The position numbers were made by a program, and so were the translations under genes. A model generated the notes under the pieces. It saw only the letters and a program-made list of their open reading frames with translations, ran no database searches and was not told where the DNA came from. Shown here one piece after another: positions 13,604 through 27,038 of a stretch of 64,000 nt of DNA; the stretch's first letter is position 1, and the number at the start of each line of letters is the position of its first letter. This DNA is from Paragordius varius (lineage: Eukaryota; Animalia; Nematomorpha), in assembly GCA_964247055.1 (NCBI GenBank), contig OZ176050.1:13392001-13456000 (forward strand), written 5' to 3'.

Positions 13604-14734
13604 CCAGGCGTAGTCGTAAGTTATTACCGGTTTAACTAAGAGCAAACGTCAAGAAAAAGTACGCAGACGATTAATTTGATACACACCCCACTTTGTTCAT
13701 CCGACATTAAACGATAAACACACAAAAGTTGAATTCACCAAAAATTCGCGTTATTTTTTTATTTTACCATGTATTCGTGCCTGAATAATAACATTTGCGG
13801 ATCGCATTGCCATCAGAAGAAAAACGCTGTTGAAAGTATGGTGAAGATGCTCTACGATCACCACATGTGAAGTTTCTAAATATTAATTGTGATTTTATAA
13901 GGAAGAGTGTAGGCGCTTTGGCAGATTATACAACTACGAAGTCGCTAAAGTGAAATTATTAAATGATGACCCAATTCAAACTTAAAAAGAATTGGCAGAA
14001 GCTACGTGTATCACAAATCAATAGATGTCTTCGAGCAATGGAAAAGACCAAAAAACTCGGTAAATGGATTTGATTGAACGTCCAATTGAAATTCGCAAAG
14101 TCACTTGTGAAATCTTACTTCACACGAAAATAAATTCTTTTTGCATCGAATTGAGACGGGTGATAAGAAATTATACTGTATGCAAAGCGGAAGAACGATC
14201 GTGGCTTTCTACTTGTTTCGATCCATCAACACCAATGCAGAATCGCTTCCTATTTGGTGTCTGGTAAGATCAGAGCGAATTATAATGAATTTGAAAGTCT
14301 TAACACTATCGCCAATAATAAATTAATTTAAACTATGATTCAATAAAAAACATCCCAAATTGGCCATGTGATAAGGCAAAGTGATTGTAACAATGCTCCG
14401 TCTAACACAGCAAAACTAATGAAAGGCATCTTCGTTTCGATAATTCTTTCGCATCCACTGAACTCTCCTGTCCTGACGACATTAACAAGCTTTAATGGGG
14501 GACATATCCTCGCAGAGCAGCTATCAATAATTTCGAAGACTTTATAAAATGGCTTGCGAAATGGTTATTTGCAACACACAATCAGTTTTTCTGCCACAGC
14601 ATTTATATATTACCTGAGAGATGGGCGAAAAGAAACCAATGACAATTTTTTTAATAAAATATATAATTGATTTTCCCTCAAAAATAAATTTTTATTTTAC
14701 CAAAAAATAGGCAAAAATTTATGACTAGTCCAGG
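13604..14734 (+). mobile_element. Decayed Mos1-like mariner element
   Basis: Left TIR CCAGGCGTAGTCGTAAGTTATTACCGGTTTAACTAAG and a matching right TIR near 14710-14734. Transposase remnants include E-I-L-L, F-L-H-R-I-E-T-G-D-K-K (Mos1 FLHRIVTGDEK) and L-P-E-R-W. Confidence 0.88.
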
Positions 14735-14853
14735 TATATAAACTAGCCCACGCTTTTAAATATATCATTAAGTTCGGGATCTTTATTAAAAATATCCAGA
14801 CTTATACTTTTGTATGTTGGCGCCTTATATCTTCAATTATTACTATGTTTTAG

Positions 14854-16073
14854 CCGCAATCGCCAAATTTACATTGTTGTGATTATTGTCGAAAACCTTT
14901 ACCGCGTTGTGCAATATGTTTGCAACGAATGGTTTTTACTAAACCGCTTAATAAAGAAGCTTTAAAAAATTAAAAACCAATTAATTACTCCAATATACCA
15001 ATAACATCTCATCATAGTACCAATGTTAAAGAAGCAAATTTAACTATCGCTGATAAACCCATTGGTATTGATATAAATTTTGTTTTGAATATTCTTGTGC
15101 TATTTTTGAATAAAAATATATATATAATACCTTTATGAATATAACAAAATAAAAACCTTCTGATTAACTGTTAAATAATGATTATCATAAATACCAAAGA
15201 AATTTGAGAATTTAAGAAGAAAAATTTAGTTTTTTAACAAATTTTATGATCTCATAGATATGCTTTAACAAACATAAATAAGTAATAGCAACAAACAAAC
15301 ATAAATAAGTAATAGCAACAAACATTATCATAGTCACCATGGAGGTCACATAAATCATATGGAGGAATGGTTTAAGTAAGTTTTATAAATTCCAAAAATT
15401 TACGTAAAACTGATATATGACTCCCTTTTCAATAACCCTTTAAAATGATACCCAAAAAATCTTAAATTAATTTCAAATAAACTTCTAGTTAACTTTTATT
15501 AAATAATTAAATTACATATTTGTGGAGTATAGATTTTATGAAAAATAGATTTTTGTGAATGTTTTTGTGCGATTCAATAAACAACCAATTTTTTAGCATT
15601 TTCATTATATTAATATCAGAAATATTATTAAAATGAGTTAGATTAAATATCATCTAAAAATGTGATAATCTGAATTTAGATAATCTGCACTTTAAAAATA
15701 TTCAAAAGTAGAATATACTGTGAAAAAATTCTACGAAATTTAAGCCTAAATGTCAAGTCAAGATGATATGCCTTTTTCGCTGATTTTTTTTTCTTTATTA
15801 TAAATATTTTAGCGTAGATTCAGGCAAAAAGGTATTTGCATTATTATGCCGACCAATGATATTTGGAATATTCTAAAAAAATTACTTAAAATTTTTTTGG
15901 CGCAGTGTTTTATAAAGAAGTGTAGCTGTATTTCCATTTTAGTATACCTTCAATAAATTATATATATATAAATCATTCGCTTTTATTTTTATTTCATTTT
16001 TTTGGTTATTTGTAGGGATCACGTTGAATGTCCTGTCTCGGGCTGCCTTTGTGCCTGTTATTATAATTTTTAA
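14854..16073 (+). pseudogene. MIOS: Orphan duplicate of the last three MIOS exons
   Basis: 14854-14973 reads PQSPNLHCCDYCRKPLPRCAICLQRM...KN-stop, with a premature TAA where the intact gene has GAA. ~15333-15375 reads HHGGHINHMEEWF with the exon's 5' half replaced. 16016-16073 reads DHVECPVSGCLCACYYNF-stop. All three are inverted copies of exons at ~49.7, 49.2 and 47.9 kb. Confidence 0.88.
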
Positions 16074-16723
16074 TCAATTTTAGATAGATAATAAATATTT
16101 ATTCAATGTGAATTATATGACGATGTGACATTCATTATACATATTTATTTTCACAAAAACAAAAAAATACATAAATATGACAAAGTTGTATATAAGATGT
16201 ATATATATTAAAATGTGTACCTACCTAACTAAAAATATATTGCATAAAGTGAGTGTATTTTGATGTTAAAGTTATTTGTGCAAAACTAGAGTAATATTAT
16301 ATTTATATTATAAATTTAATTATGCTTGCTTCTATATGGTTTGTGTAGTATTAATCAAAAATGTGGAATTGTGAAATTCAAATGAGATCCTTTACCATTA
16401 TTTATATATATGTGTATGAGGAAAAAATAAATACCAATATGTATAAGGAAATATCGTAAATTTTTTCAAGAAAAATGCTTAAAATTTTGTGACTCTTTTT
16501 TTGACCTGTGCTATAAAATACTAATTACAGTAAATAATCATAATTTTTTAAAGGAGTTGAACCTATATGAGCAAATATATTGTTTCTTCTTTTAGAAAAA
16601 GCCAAAAAAATTGATTTTGCTCACATACAATATTTAAATTTATGATATGACCATATAAAAACCACAATTGATTTTACCATGTTTTATTTTTTTCCCTAAA
16701 CTCGTAAGGTTTTTAAAAGTTAG

Positions 16724-19700
16724 TTAAGAATCGCCATTTTTGGATGCAGATGCGCGTGAAATCAAGGGCGATTTTCTACCCGACAATGACATTTGGGAGA
16801 GGAGTTCTTGCATGGTTCGTCCACTTTTTTGTTTAGTTTGAAGGGAGACAGAGCCAAATTTCTTGGCAAAGCCGTTTTCTTCCCCATTCAAAGACGTCGT
16901 TTTATTTATATTATTGGCGTTAGATTTTGTCCTATTTTCAAGATTATGTGCACCTTTAGCATTTAATGCATCTTTTTGTTGACCGTTTTTATTAATACTA
17001 AGTAATTTTAGGGGTTTTGTTTTATCGTTCATGTTTTTAGTGGGTGTATATGAAGGAATATTGATGTTAGGTACAGTAGAAGGAACTATATTTGGTTGAG
17101 AATTATCTTGGAAAAAGTTGAAGCATTCCAAACTTTCCACCTTTTCTATGAGCGAAAACTTTTGTTGAATGGCCGTTTTAAGCATGCTATTCAGGATTTT
17201 GTGTTCGGATTCCAGGTATTTGCACTTCTTATCCAATTCTAGCGTACGCATTTGTGCCTCTCTACATTCCTGAAAAAATTAATAATTTATTTGAAATTTT
17301 CCGTAAAAACCCCTTTTTCTTTATTAGATATTGTTTACGCTAAAACTTTTTGCTGTAATTTGAATTATGAAAATTCGTTTATTCCTAATTTTATAAAATT
17401 TAAATAAACAACATTTTTTACACCAAATGCGTATTTTTATAAGGCAACATTTTTAAAATTCACCTTTGTTTCACATGAAATGATATTATTGACTTAATTT
17501 TTAAGTAATGTTGAATAAAATTAAAATAATAAAACAATTTTAGAGTAGGATAGGTATACAATATTTCGATTCATAATAACTTACTTTCCTGCTGGCTGAT
17601 AATTGGGTAGATAATGCAACACAATCATCTTTGTACATGGAAAGCTCTTTCCTGTATTTAGCCAAAGTTTCGGAAACAACCTTCATAATTTATATAATTA
17701 TTATATAAATCTCCTAGAAGTTATATTTTACGTAATTAACTCCTTGATTGCAGTAAAAAATGAAATTATACAAAACAATACGTAAAAAGATAAAACATAT
17801 TAAAAGACCGCTGTAATTATTTATGATTTTTATTAAAAAATATATAAAGTTTAATTGTGAAATTAGTAAATTAGAGATGTAAATTGGTAAAAAAATTAAT
17901 GATATGTTTTACAGTTGTAATTAAATAATTTATATAAAAAAGGTTCAAAAAAAATTGGTCGTAAATTTGTGTCTGGATATTATCAATTATTACTATATAT
18001 TAAATATATATATATATTTCTGATTTTTAACAATTATTACTATATATATATATATTTTTACTTTTATAAAATTTATATTTTATATAATAACCTTTCTCTC
18101 CTCAGTATATTTGACTTGCATTTTGGCAAAACAGGTTTCGGCAGTCGTTTTATAGTTTTGTAGCACTTGGCGATAATTGGCATTTTTGCATCGTTTATTC
18201 ACTATGTCAGCTTTAAGCTTTTGAATTTCCCTATGTTTATATATGTCATAGTATTAGATTAATCAGTATAAAATAAACTAGGGGTGTCCAACGCAAATGG
18301 TTTCGCGGGCCGCATTTTTGAATCTCAAGAATCTGACGGTTAACATTCAAAACATATATGAAAATTAATTAAAAAAAATTAGATTTCAAACACTTTAAAA
18401 TTAATAAACAGAATCATTTATTTGAACAATTTTGCTAATTTGTTGCCAAAATTTGTTTTGAATGTAGTAAATAGCATTTTTTTAATATAAATTATATTTA
18501 CCGGTTGTTTCGTGTTTTTGTCAAAAAATTTTCAAATGTTTTTTACGTGTAAAATCGTTTTATTTCGATTCAACTTGCATCAATGTATAAATAGCCATAC
18601 TATTTTCAATAAAAACAAAAAGGCACATAATTTAATAATCCACCAAATATTAATTTCTCTAAAAACTTCAAACAATATCCATATAAAAAGCAGGGTTAAC
18701 CTTTTAAAAATTGAAAAACAGATAAGACTTAAAAAAGATTGTTCTAATTGTAATCGTCCCAAAATATAAAATATAATTTTACCTTAATAATAGTGCTTCT
18801 CTATCCGTTAAACTGTTTGTTCTTTCACCATTAATTTTGCTATTTCTAATTTTTGATTCCCCGTTTGTTTGGTTATCATTAATGTTTTCGGAAACCTAAA
18901 AATTAAAGTTTATAATAAAATTATAATAAATTATAGCATTTTTTATGCAAAAAAAGGTATATATCATATTAAAGATGCTTTTCGAATATTTAAAATGGTC
19001 GTTTTTAAAATTTGAAAAACCTTTTGGAATTTAAGTTTATAACTATATCATATATATATATACTAATAATTCATCGTTTGTCATATTAAAATCATCGGCA
19101 ATAGTTTCATTAGCATGTTGTATATTGGTTTGAGAAACACTGGTGGCAACGTATGGTAAAAATTCGTGCTTCAATACTTTGGATAAAGATTTTAGTGTTT
19201 TTTCAAAACTGTCAATCCTTTGTTCCATTTTATTGTTGCCTTTAACGAATTTAGTATCGTTATCTCCTTCAGATTCCACTGTATCAAAAACTAAAAGTAT
19301 ATAATAAGAAAATTCATTTATTAACCAATTTCAAAAAAAGGTTTTTCATTAAAAAAATTTATATACCTAAATATGAATTTATATAACATTTTATCTAATT
19401 AACCTATTAAAATTTACCCTTCAAAACATTTTTATTTGACCTTAGTTTGCAAAATTACCCTTAAACATTTTAAATTAACGCTAATATTAATTTTAGGGTA
19501 AATTTGGGGTATAGATGTTATATATTGACATGAGACAAAAAATATAAGAAAAGAGTGCAGTGAATGCATTATATGACAAAAATTTGCAAATATAAAAATA
19601 AAAAACCATTTTCAAGAGTACCATCCATGTTACAATCCATTTCTTTTTGCATTATGGTAAGCTTTTCTTTCAAATTTGTCGCTAATTTTTCAGGAATTTG

Positions 19701-22700
19701 ATTTTTATTTGTGATAACATCTATACTTTCGCATATACATTTAATTATAGCTGGCATATATCCACCTACCATTTCATCTAAACGCACACATATTTTGTTT
19801 TGAGAGGCATCGCGTTCGTCAAGGGATTTTTTCAATTCTTTCTCTGATTCTTGCTATAGTGGTAAATTTTAAATATTTCCGTTTGTAAAAATAAAATTGA
19901 TTATATAACTGAACAGCGAATATAAGCTAAAATTAAATTATTAAAAAGGATGAAGGCGCGTTAGGCAACATTAGTTTTTTTAGGTATTATTAGTGTTTAT
20001 GTATCCGTGGCTGGAAAAAGGTTAGCGGTTTTTGAAAATTTTAACAGATTCAAAAAAACATCAGTGTACTTAAATTTGGAAAATCAATCATCTCTTAAAA
20101 TTTTTAGATCGGGTTCAAAAAGCAGCATTAATTAGTAGTAGAAAAGCAATAATAAAACTTTTTTCATCAACAAGGTTTTAGCTTCTTTGTATTGATTTTC
20201 CTGAGTAGTGAATGAGCTTTGGAGTTGTGTTAAATCTTTTTGTAGCATGGCATTTTGGTCCGTTAGTTGAGCAATCGAGTTTTGTAAATAGGATAATTCT
20301 GCCTTATTCATTTCGGATAACAAATCATTCGGTGTCCCTGATTGATTTAAGGCAAAATCTTAGGAAATAAAAATTAGAGTAAAAATAAAAATAACCCCTT
20401 ACTAGCTAAATTATTTTTTAGGAACAAAATTTAGATATCAATACAATTCCTTTATTTATTTAAAGATTTAAAATGTTTACATTTATAAATTATAATTTTT
20501 TTAATGATTTGATTTCAATAAAAAATTTATTTATTTGTGCGTCAGGCAAGATTTTTATTTTTAGGGTTAAAAGAAAAATCCAAAAATATTTCAAGGATAA
20601 AAAGAATGTTTTTACTGGTGTCCTTACTGAATGGAACATGACAGGCTATATCCATTGATTCTTTGGTATCTAAAAGGCATTAAATTAGTTACAATGACAA
20701 AAAATTTGATTTTAAAAATGATCCTGCATACTGTTGCAATTATAAATTTTTATACAGAAAACTTTAAAAAATATATTAGAGTTAAAGGCCAAATTTGCAT
20801 GAAATTAATGTGAGCAAACAGTTGCTTTAAATAATAAATATTAAACACCAAATTTTTGTCAATAATAAAATATTTCTGTATTAAAAATATCTTCTTACGG
20901 TCAAACATAAGGCTCCGCAAGAGTTCCGCATTTGTTGATGCATTCAAATATTCTTCGATATCTTTTGCTAATAAACAAACAAGCATAAAAATTATAATAT
21001 AATTACTAAAATCAAAAATTTATATAAAAATTATAATATAATTACCAAAATCAAAAATTTATTGTAAAATTATAATATAATTACCAAAATCAAAAATTTA
21101 TTGAAAAATCTATAATATAATTACTAAAATCAAAAATTCTTAAAAAATTTATATAAACTATACCATGTTGAGCTGTATCAGGTAAACCAGGGTTAGTTTT
21201 CGTTTTTGTATTCCATTTCAAATGTTCAATTTCAGTTTTAGCATTTTTGTGAAGCTCTTTCTCACGCAATAATAGCTCATTTGTTTCATTAAGCTAATTA
21301 ATTATTTAAAATTTGAAATTTTGAATATATATATATATTGTAAAATTATTACTTTTTTTGGAAAATCATAAATATAATCATTATAAATAGTAATAGGTAT
21401 GGACAAATTTTATTGCGCATCGAAAATATTTTTTGGAATAATGACCTTACTTAACACTTTAATACCTTTTCACTTTTTTGTCCTATTTAGCTTTTGGGGT
21501 AGGGTAGTTTTAAATCCCAGAGCTAAATTTTGTCAATAAACTACACAGTTTGGAATGTTTTATTTTAGTTATTTAATTCAATTATAATCAAACATTGTTG
21601 CATTGTTGTGTCACACAAACAAAAGCTTATATTCTTTACGGTTTTGTGACATCTATAGTTTAAAATTGGGACAGCTCCAAAATACGATGGAAACGAACAG
21701 CTGTTATTAAAATATTTAAATATACCATTTGCACTTCAAGAGTGTCCTGGAACACTTCAAGTTGGTCCTTGAACACTTCAAGTTGGTCCTTAAAATTTTT
21801 AAATTTGGTAACCATAATTTTTGCATGTATTTTTTATTTTATTATTTTTTTACCTAATTTTCATTATTTATTATATATTTATCCATTTAAATATAATTTC
21901 ATATTCAAAAACCATTTTGAAAAATTGTAAATAATAACTCAAAAAACTTATATATTTTTTAATTAGGTGATAAAATCTTATAAATATTCAAATAATTTTA
22001 AGAAATTAATAAAGATAAACGGTTTCTCAATGATAGGAAGTTGATATTGATTTAAAATTTATGTCAAATAATAGAAAATGAAAACAATAAAATAGATGAA
22101 TGATTTACGATTTGATTAATAAAAGTTAAAAACAAAACAAAAAAGTCAAAGGATCAACTTGAAGTGTTCAAGGACCGACTTGAAATGTTCAAGGACCAAC
22201 TTGAAGTTCAAGAACCAACTTGAAGTGTTCAAGGACACTCTTGAAGTGCAAATGGTATATATCAAGTTTTTAATGGTAAAATATAGCCTAAAAGAGATTT
22301 TAAGTTGATAATTTACATTTTCTAACCATAATATACATTTATTTTCCTGTTGCTTCAGCGATTAAAAAAATTATAGAAAAAAAGGCGGCAATTATTATGA
22401 GATGAGGATTTTTTTTATTATTTTAAATTTTTTTTAAAAAAAAAATTTTTTATAAAGTGCCTAAAAAAGACTAAAGAAAGCATATTTATAAATTCGAATG
22501 AATAGCTAAAATACTTTGTAAGACATTCAATGAAATCGCCTTGGAATAAAAACTAACCCAAAAGGTAAGTAATGAATTGTTAAATGCACAGAACAAAAAA
22601 GTTTGCTTAAGAAATATATTAGAATGACTTATAAATCCATAAAATAAATTGTATATTAATAATACTAGGGGCCATGGTTTTCGTTCAAAAATAATAACCA

Positions 22701-24825
22701 GTCTTGCCGTTTATGAATGGAATTATATCTAGCATATAGACAACCATTGAATGTAAAATGTTAAAAAAGGTAAAACCTCTAGTAAAATGAAACATATCAA
22801 TACAATAACAAAAATAATTTAATGGAATATTTTGATTTTGGAAACTTTCAAGCTTTTCAGCAATTTTTCATGTTTGTTTTCTAATAATTGTCTTTTAAAC
22901 TATATATATAATTTTATTGGATATTATAAGGAATTTATAAACGCTTTTCTCATTATAAAACTCAAAAGGAAAAAACGAATTAAAATTCCATTAAAACAAA
23001 CGAACCTACCTACCTGACTCTTTAGTATGGAGGCTAAAGTTTCTGACTCTAATGCTTTGTGAGTTTGAATAAATGTTTGATCTCTTAAACTTTCCATTTC
23101 CATTTTCATGGCTTCCAACTCCATTTTATTCGTTTCAAGCATCATAATCTATACAAAGCAGAATATATGAATTATTTTAAACTTTGTGTTATAATAATTA
23201 ATCCCAAGGGGACAAAATTCTTAAATCTTCCCCATAAAGCTAATTAAAAAAAATTAAATGGTTTTTAATTGGATAATAAAAACTGGCATATAAAATCCAA
23301 AATATTGATATTAAATATATATTAACACTCAAAAAATGAAATACTATCCCATTTACACCTAAAATTCACCTATGAAATTCATGCTGGAAAGTTTGAATTC
23401 CCTTTAAAATAAATTATGTGTTTTAGAATATCAATAATTACCTATATTTTTTCATATTTTAATGATAATTCGTTTTTAGAAATAAGATAATACAGAAAAA
23501 ATTACAATATGCCATTCGGAAATTATTTCATATAAATGATTTAGATTAGCCCAAAAACACATAATTTATTTTTAGAGTGAATTTGAAATGTTCAGGGATC
23601 AATGGTAAATTTATATTGTTCAAGGGTGAAATTGAGGTGTAAATGGGTATAAATTGAATCAAAAATTCTAATATATTAAGATCATGTTAATATTAGATGG
23701 TTACCAATTTTTTGGTACAAATTTATAATGAAAATAACCTTTAATTGCCTAATTAAAACACCAAATATTTTGCGCCGTATTCACAAAAAATCAAAACGCA
23801 ATATATATTGAAATACTTGTTTCTGCAAAGATAAATTTTCGTCTTCAATAAGCTCAAGATCCGCTTGAAGTTTTCGTTCACGGGCTTCGCAGTCTTTTAG
23901 TTTGGTTAAAGCATGAATTTTTTCACAACTTTTTTTAGCAAACTCAGAATCATATCGCTCTGTGGTTCGGTTTAACTCCTCGTTTTCTTGCAGGAGTCTA
24001 TAATTTATAAAATTGTTTGGAATTATTTTCTGATTCTAAATTTCTTGGAACTTTATGTATGATTAGATATTAAACATAATTTATTCATAATTGTACATAT
24101 TGTGGTTTATAGTTTAGGAATTTAAAAGTTGAATTAAATTTACCAAAAAAATTGGCTTATTGTTTTTCAGTTAAATGGTTCCAATCATTTTCCATAATAA
24201 ATTTAAATACACCCCTGATTATAAACACAAAAAAAGTAGTTCAAATGCTTTGTCTGATCATTTCAAAATTTTACTTTATTGATAATAAAAACAATAACAG
24301 GTTGAACTTGTTAAAATTTTAACAAAAAAACACAATTTTTTGGAACCATAAACAGTGGTCGTAAAAAGGTATTAAAAATGTTTTCAGATAACAAAAAAAT
24401 AATAATTTCTTTTGTTTGTAAAAAACTGAATCCGATCATTTCTGTAAAAAAAATTAAATGTCTACCTATCTTTTTCTCTCTTCAGAGATTTTAATTGTTT
24501 TTCCAAATCCCTAATGTATTTAGTCAATTCTTTTTCAGTGGCAGATGATTCAGTTTCATCAGAAACATCTTCGGTAACCTCATTGTTAAATTGACGCAAA
24601 GCCTATGTATAACTAGATATTTTAATATACCTTTTGAGCAAACTCCAAATCAGATTGGGTTTGTTCCTGTAAAATTTGAGTTTCCCTCAAGCGTTTTTCT
24701 AGTTGCTCCTTCTCCTCTATTATACTGAGACCTAACTGAGCTGCTTTAACATTTTCACGGTTTGCGTTCTCAAGTTCTTGCTCTAAACGCTGTATTTCAT
24801 TGCGAAGAAATTCCGTTTCGTCCAT
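16724..24825 (-). CDS. BICD: Bicaudal-D dynein cargo adaptor (coiled-coil), about 13 exons
   Basis: Exon 1 reads MDETEFLRNEIQRLEQELENANRENVKAAQLGLSIIEEKEQL (BicD KIQAAEYGLAVLEEK-like). An internal exon reads LKDCEARERKLQADLELIEDENLSLQKQ. The CC3 exon 18092-18230 reads EIQKLKADIVNKRCKNANYRQVLQNYKTTAETCFAKMQVKYTEERK (cf. [32 protein letters not shown]). It is followed by 17585-17680 and a terminal exon 16724-17269. Confidence 0.9.
20986..21140. repeat. 39-bp tandem repeat, about 4 copies, in a BicD intron
   Basis: Repeated unit aaaattataatataattac(t/c)aaaatcaaaaatttatt. Confidence 0.85.
21725..22255. mobile_element. Foldback-type MITE (family F2) with inverted arrays of a 21-bp unit
   Basis: TATA|CCATTTGCACTTCAAGAGTGTCC ... 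GGACACTCTTGAAGTGCAAATGG|TATA. The unit TTGAACACTTCAAGTTGGTCC is repeated in each arm in opposite orientation. Confidence 0.9.
23348..23647. mobile_element. Diverged relative of the CCATTT foldback MITE family
   Basis: Left end cccatttacacctaaaattcacc and right end ggtgaaattgaggtgtaaatggg. The internal aaataaattatgtgtttt motif is shared with family F1. Confidence 0.65.
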
Positions 24826-25328
24826 AATAATATGTGAAAACTTTCAAAATATTGTTTGCAGTTACTCAGTTTTTATCATGTGTGATTGATGAGCGATCGT
24901 CCTATCATATGCAATTTTACAAATTTATGCCTCATTACCTTTATATATTTATGTAAACAATACATTTTAAGATAATACTAGAGCTAAAGTTTGGGATATA
25001 ATATAAAAACTAAAATGCTTTTAAAATTACCAATCATTAAACATATATTTATGCAAGATTTTACAGTTTCGCATATTTTAAATTTATGAGGCGGTTATCC
25101 GTCACAAACGGCTTGCGATCGGCATTAGCACAATATATAGGGATGAAAAATATTTTCAGTATAAAAATATGCATTCGGTTGAATTAAGCTTAAAGAATAT
25201 TAGATCTATTAAACATTAGTATAAATATAGATATAGTCGATTGGATTTATTTTACCTGTAAATGCCAAATATATCTTCAATATATTTCATACATATCTTT
25301 ATATAAACTTATCATTATATCCCTAGAA

Positions 25329-25449
25329 GTCAACTCGACCCCCGACGCAACCAGACGGCTGTCACTGAACCACCATTGACTGGTGTATGGAAGGGCAGCA
25401 AGGGACGTCTTTTGTGGACAGTGGCGACGTGGGTCTGCTACACCCTTTT
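25329..25449 (+). ncRNA. Candidate structured non-coding RNA of unknown family
   Basis: GC-rich island of ~120 nt in very AT-rich DNA, with extensive self-complementarity, an upstream TTTATATAAA (25298-25307) and a terminal TTTT (25446-25449). I could not match it by eye to U snRNAs, 5S, tRNA, Y, vault or RNase P/MRP. Confidence 0.4.
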
Positions 25450-25523
25450 CTTGATACACCTTGATTAGATATTTAAACATAAAACTGTAAAAAATACTGG
25501 AAAGATTTATTCAGATAAGTTGT

Positions 25524-26072
25524 TTAACACCTCGATTCAAATTGGGGTATCTAAATACCCCAGACAAAATTTGAGCTAGTTTTTATAAAACTACTGAAAG
25601 AAACGGTCCCAATTTAAATTTATGCTTCTATAATAAAAATTATATAAATATGCCAAAATGTCTAAGTATGTTTTTAAAAAGTTCCATGTCAAAGTACTTC
25701 AACGCCATTTTTATTTTACAAAATTTTAAAATATCATTTTTATTTAATTTTAAGGGTATAAAGCTAATTTTTTATTCAAATTACATCCAACATTAATATA
25801 TATATATATATATATATATATAAAGCTGTTAATTTTGAATTCTTTTCAATTTTACCATTGCACGCACGTCACGTTTAGTAAATTTTTACCTTTCGGTTTT
25901 AGGAAATAAGTAATATCAAGTATTTTCGAATAAAATTTTTTATATATCGGTTTATTAATGTTATAAAGGTTCAAGATTTTGCCATGGTTTTGATTCCTTC
26001 CATATTTTTTTAAGAATTTAATTTTAACAGGCCTGGGGTATTTAACTACTCCAATTTGAATCGAAGGACTAA
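25524..26072. mobile_element. ~550-bp MITE, family P (best-preserved copy)
   Basis: TTAACACCTCGATTCAAATTGGGGTAT ... ACTCCAATTTGAATCGAAGGACTAA imperfect TIRs. The TTAA-like end suggests a piggyBac-type mobiliser (inference). Confidence 0.82.
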
Positions 26073-26458
26073 AATAAATGTGTTGTATCCCAGTGATAAG
26101 AAAATTAATTTACTTAGACTTAGCAAAACTTTGTTGTGAGTTCTTGTGGGTACAGAAATATTTAGGAGAATCCTTTAAAACAAACAGATGATTTGGTTGA
26201 TTATCCATGTAAATTTATCAATATATAAAACTTTTTAGTTATTAGCTTCACTGACCATGATACATATTTATCATTTGAAATATGTAAATAGAATTTTAAA
26301 CTGATTCGTTAATCCCAGTCTTTATTAAACAAAAAATAAAATAAAACGAATAAAAGTATTTTAAAAAAACTACACAAAAGATTTTGGCGGCTGAAAAATT
26401 GAAATGAGTTTTTAAATTTTATTTCCAAAAATTATTTATGTAAGTACGTTTAAAAAGC

Positions 26459-26490
<32 letters not shown>

Positions 26491-26494
<4 letters not shown>

Positions 26495-26645
26495 GGCGTA
26501 TGGCATAAAACAATGTTGGTCCACAAAAGTAAAATTTTTTATTTAAGCAAGGGGATAATATGGATATATGGATATACAACTAGGGTTGTTTTAAAAAAAA
26601 AATTATTTTTTTTTGACTAACATTGTTTTATGCCATACGCTACTG
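26491..26645. mobile_element. 155-bp MITE with ~31-bp TIRs and TA flanks
   Basis: TA|CAGAGGCGTATGGCATAAAACAATGTTGGTC ... GACTAACATTGTTTTATGCCATACGCTACTG|TA; Tc1/pogo-like CAG terminus. Confidence 0.85.
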
Positions 26646-27038
26646 TATATATTAGAATATGGTACAATATCATAGATTCTATAAGATATAATTTAAATCG
26701 GTCTGAGTTAAACTATTCCAAATAGCAAAATATTAAGATGTTTTAAATTTTAAATAAATTTAACAGAACACGATGGACAATACTTTTTTAATTAAAAATG
26801 ATAAAAAATATTTATAGGATCTGACCATAGAAAAAACTTGAGGATATATGTCGCCATTTTACCATTTTTTTTCATTTTTGAAATAAATATGTATACCGAA
26901 CTCCCATAAATAATATGAAAAATAATAATAACACCCATAATGTTAACCTTAATTTAAAGTTATTTATAATAAACTAGATCGATATACTCTATTATGTAAA
27001 TTTATATATAATTATCAATCCATAAACGTATCAATTTA

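Noticed and set aside
21742-21930. ORF starting SWNTSSWSLNTSSWSL
   Set aside because: It is a translation of the F2 MITE 21-bp repeats.
25329-25449. Assignment of the island to U4, U6atac, 5S, RNase P/MRP, hammerhead or HDV ribozyme
   Set aside because: Only short partial likenesses (TGTATGGAAGG, CAGTGGCGA); the required core motifs, Sm site and domain lengths are missing.
25277-25480. 67-aa minus-strand ORF across the GC island
   Set aside because: No recognisable homology or convincing splice context. It remains a weak alternative to the ncRNA reading.
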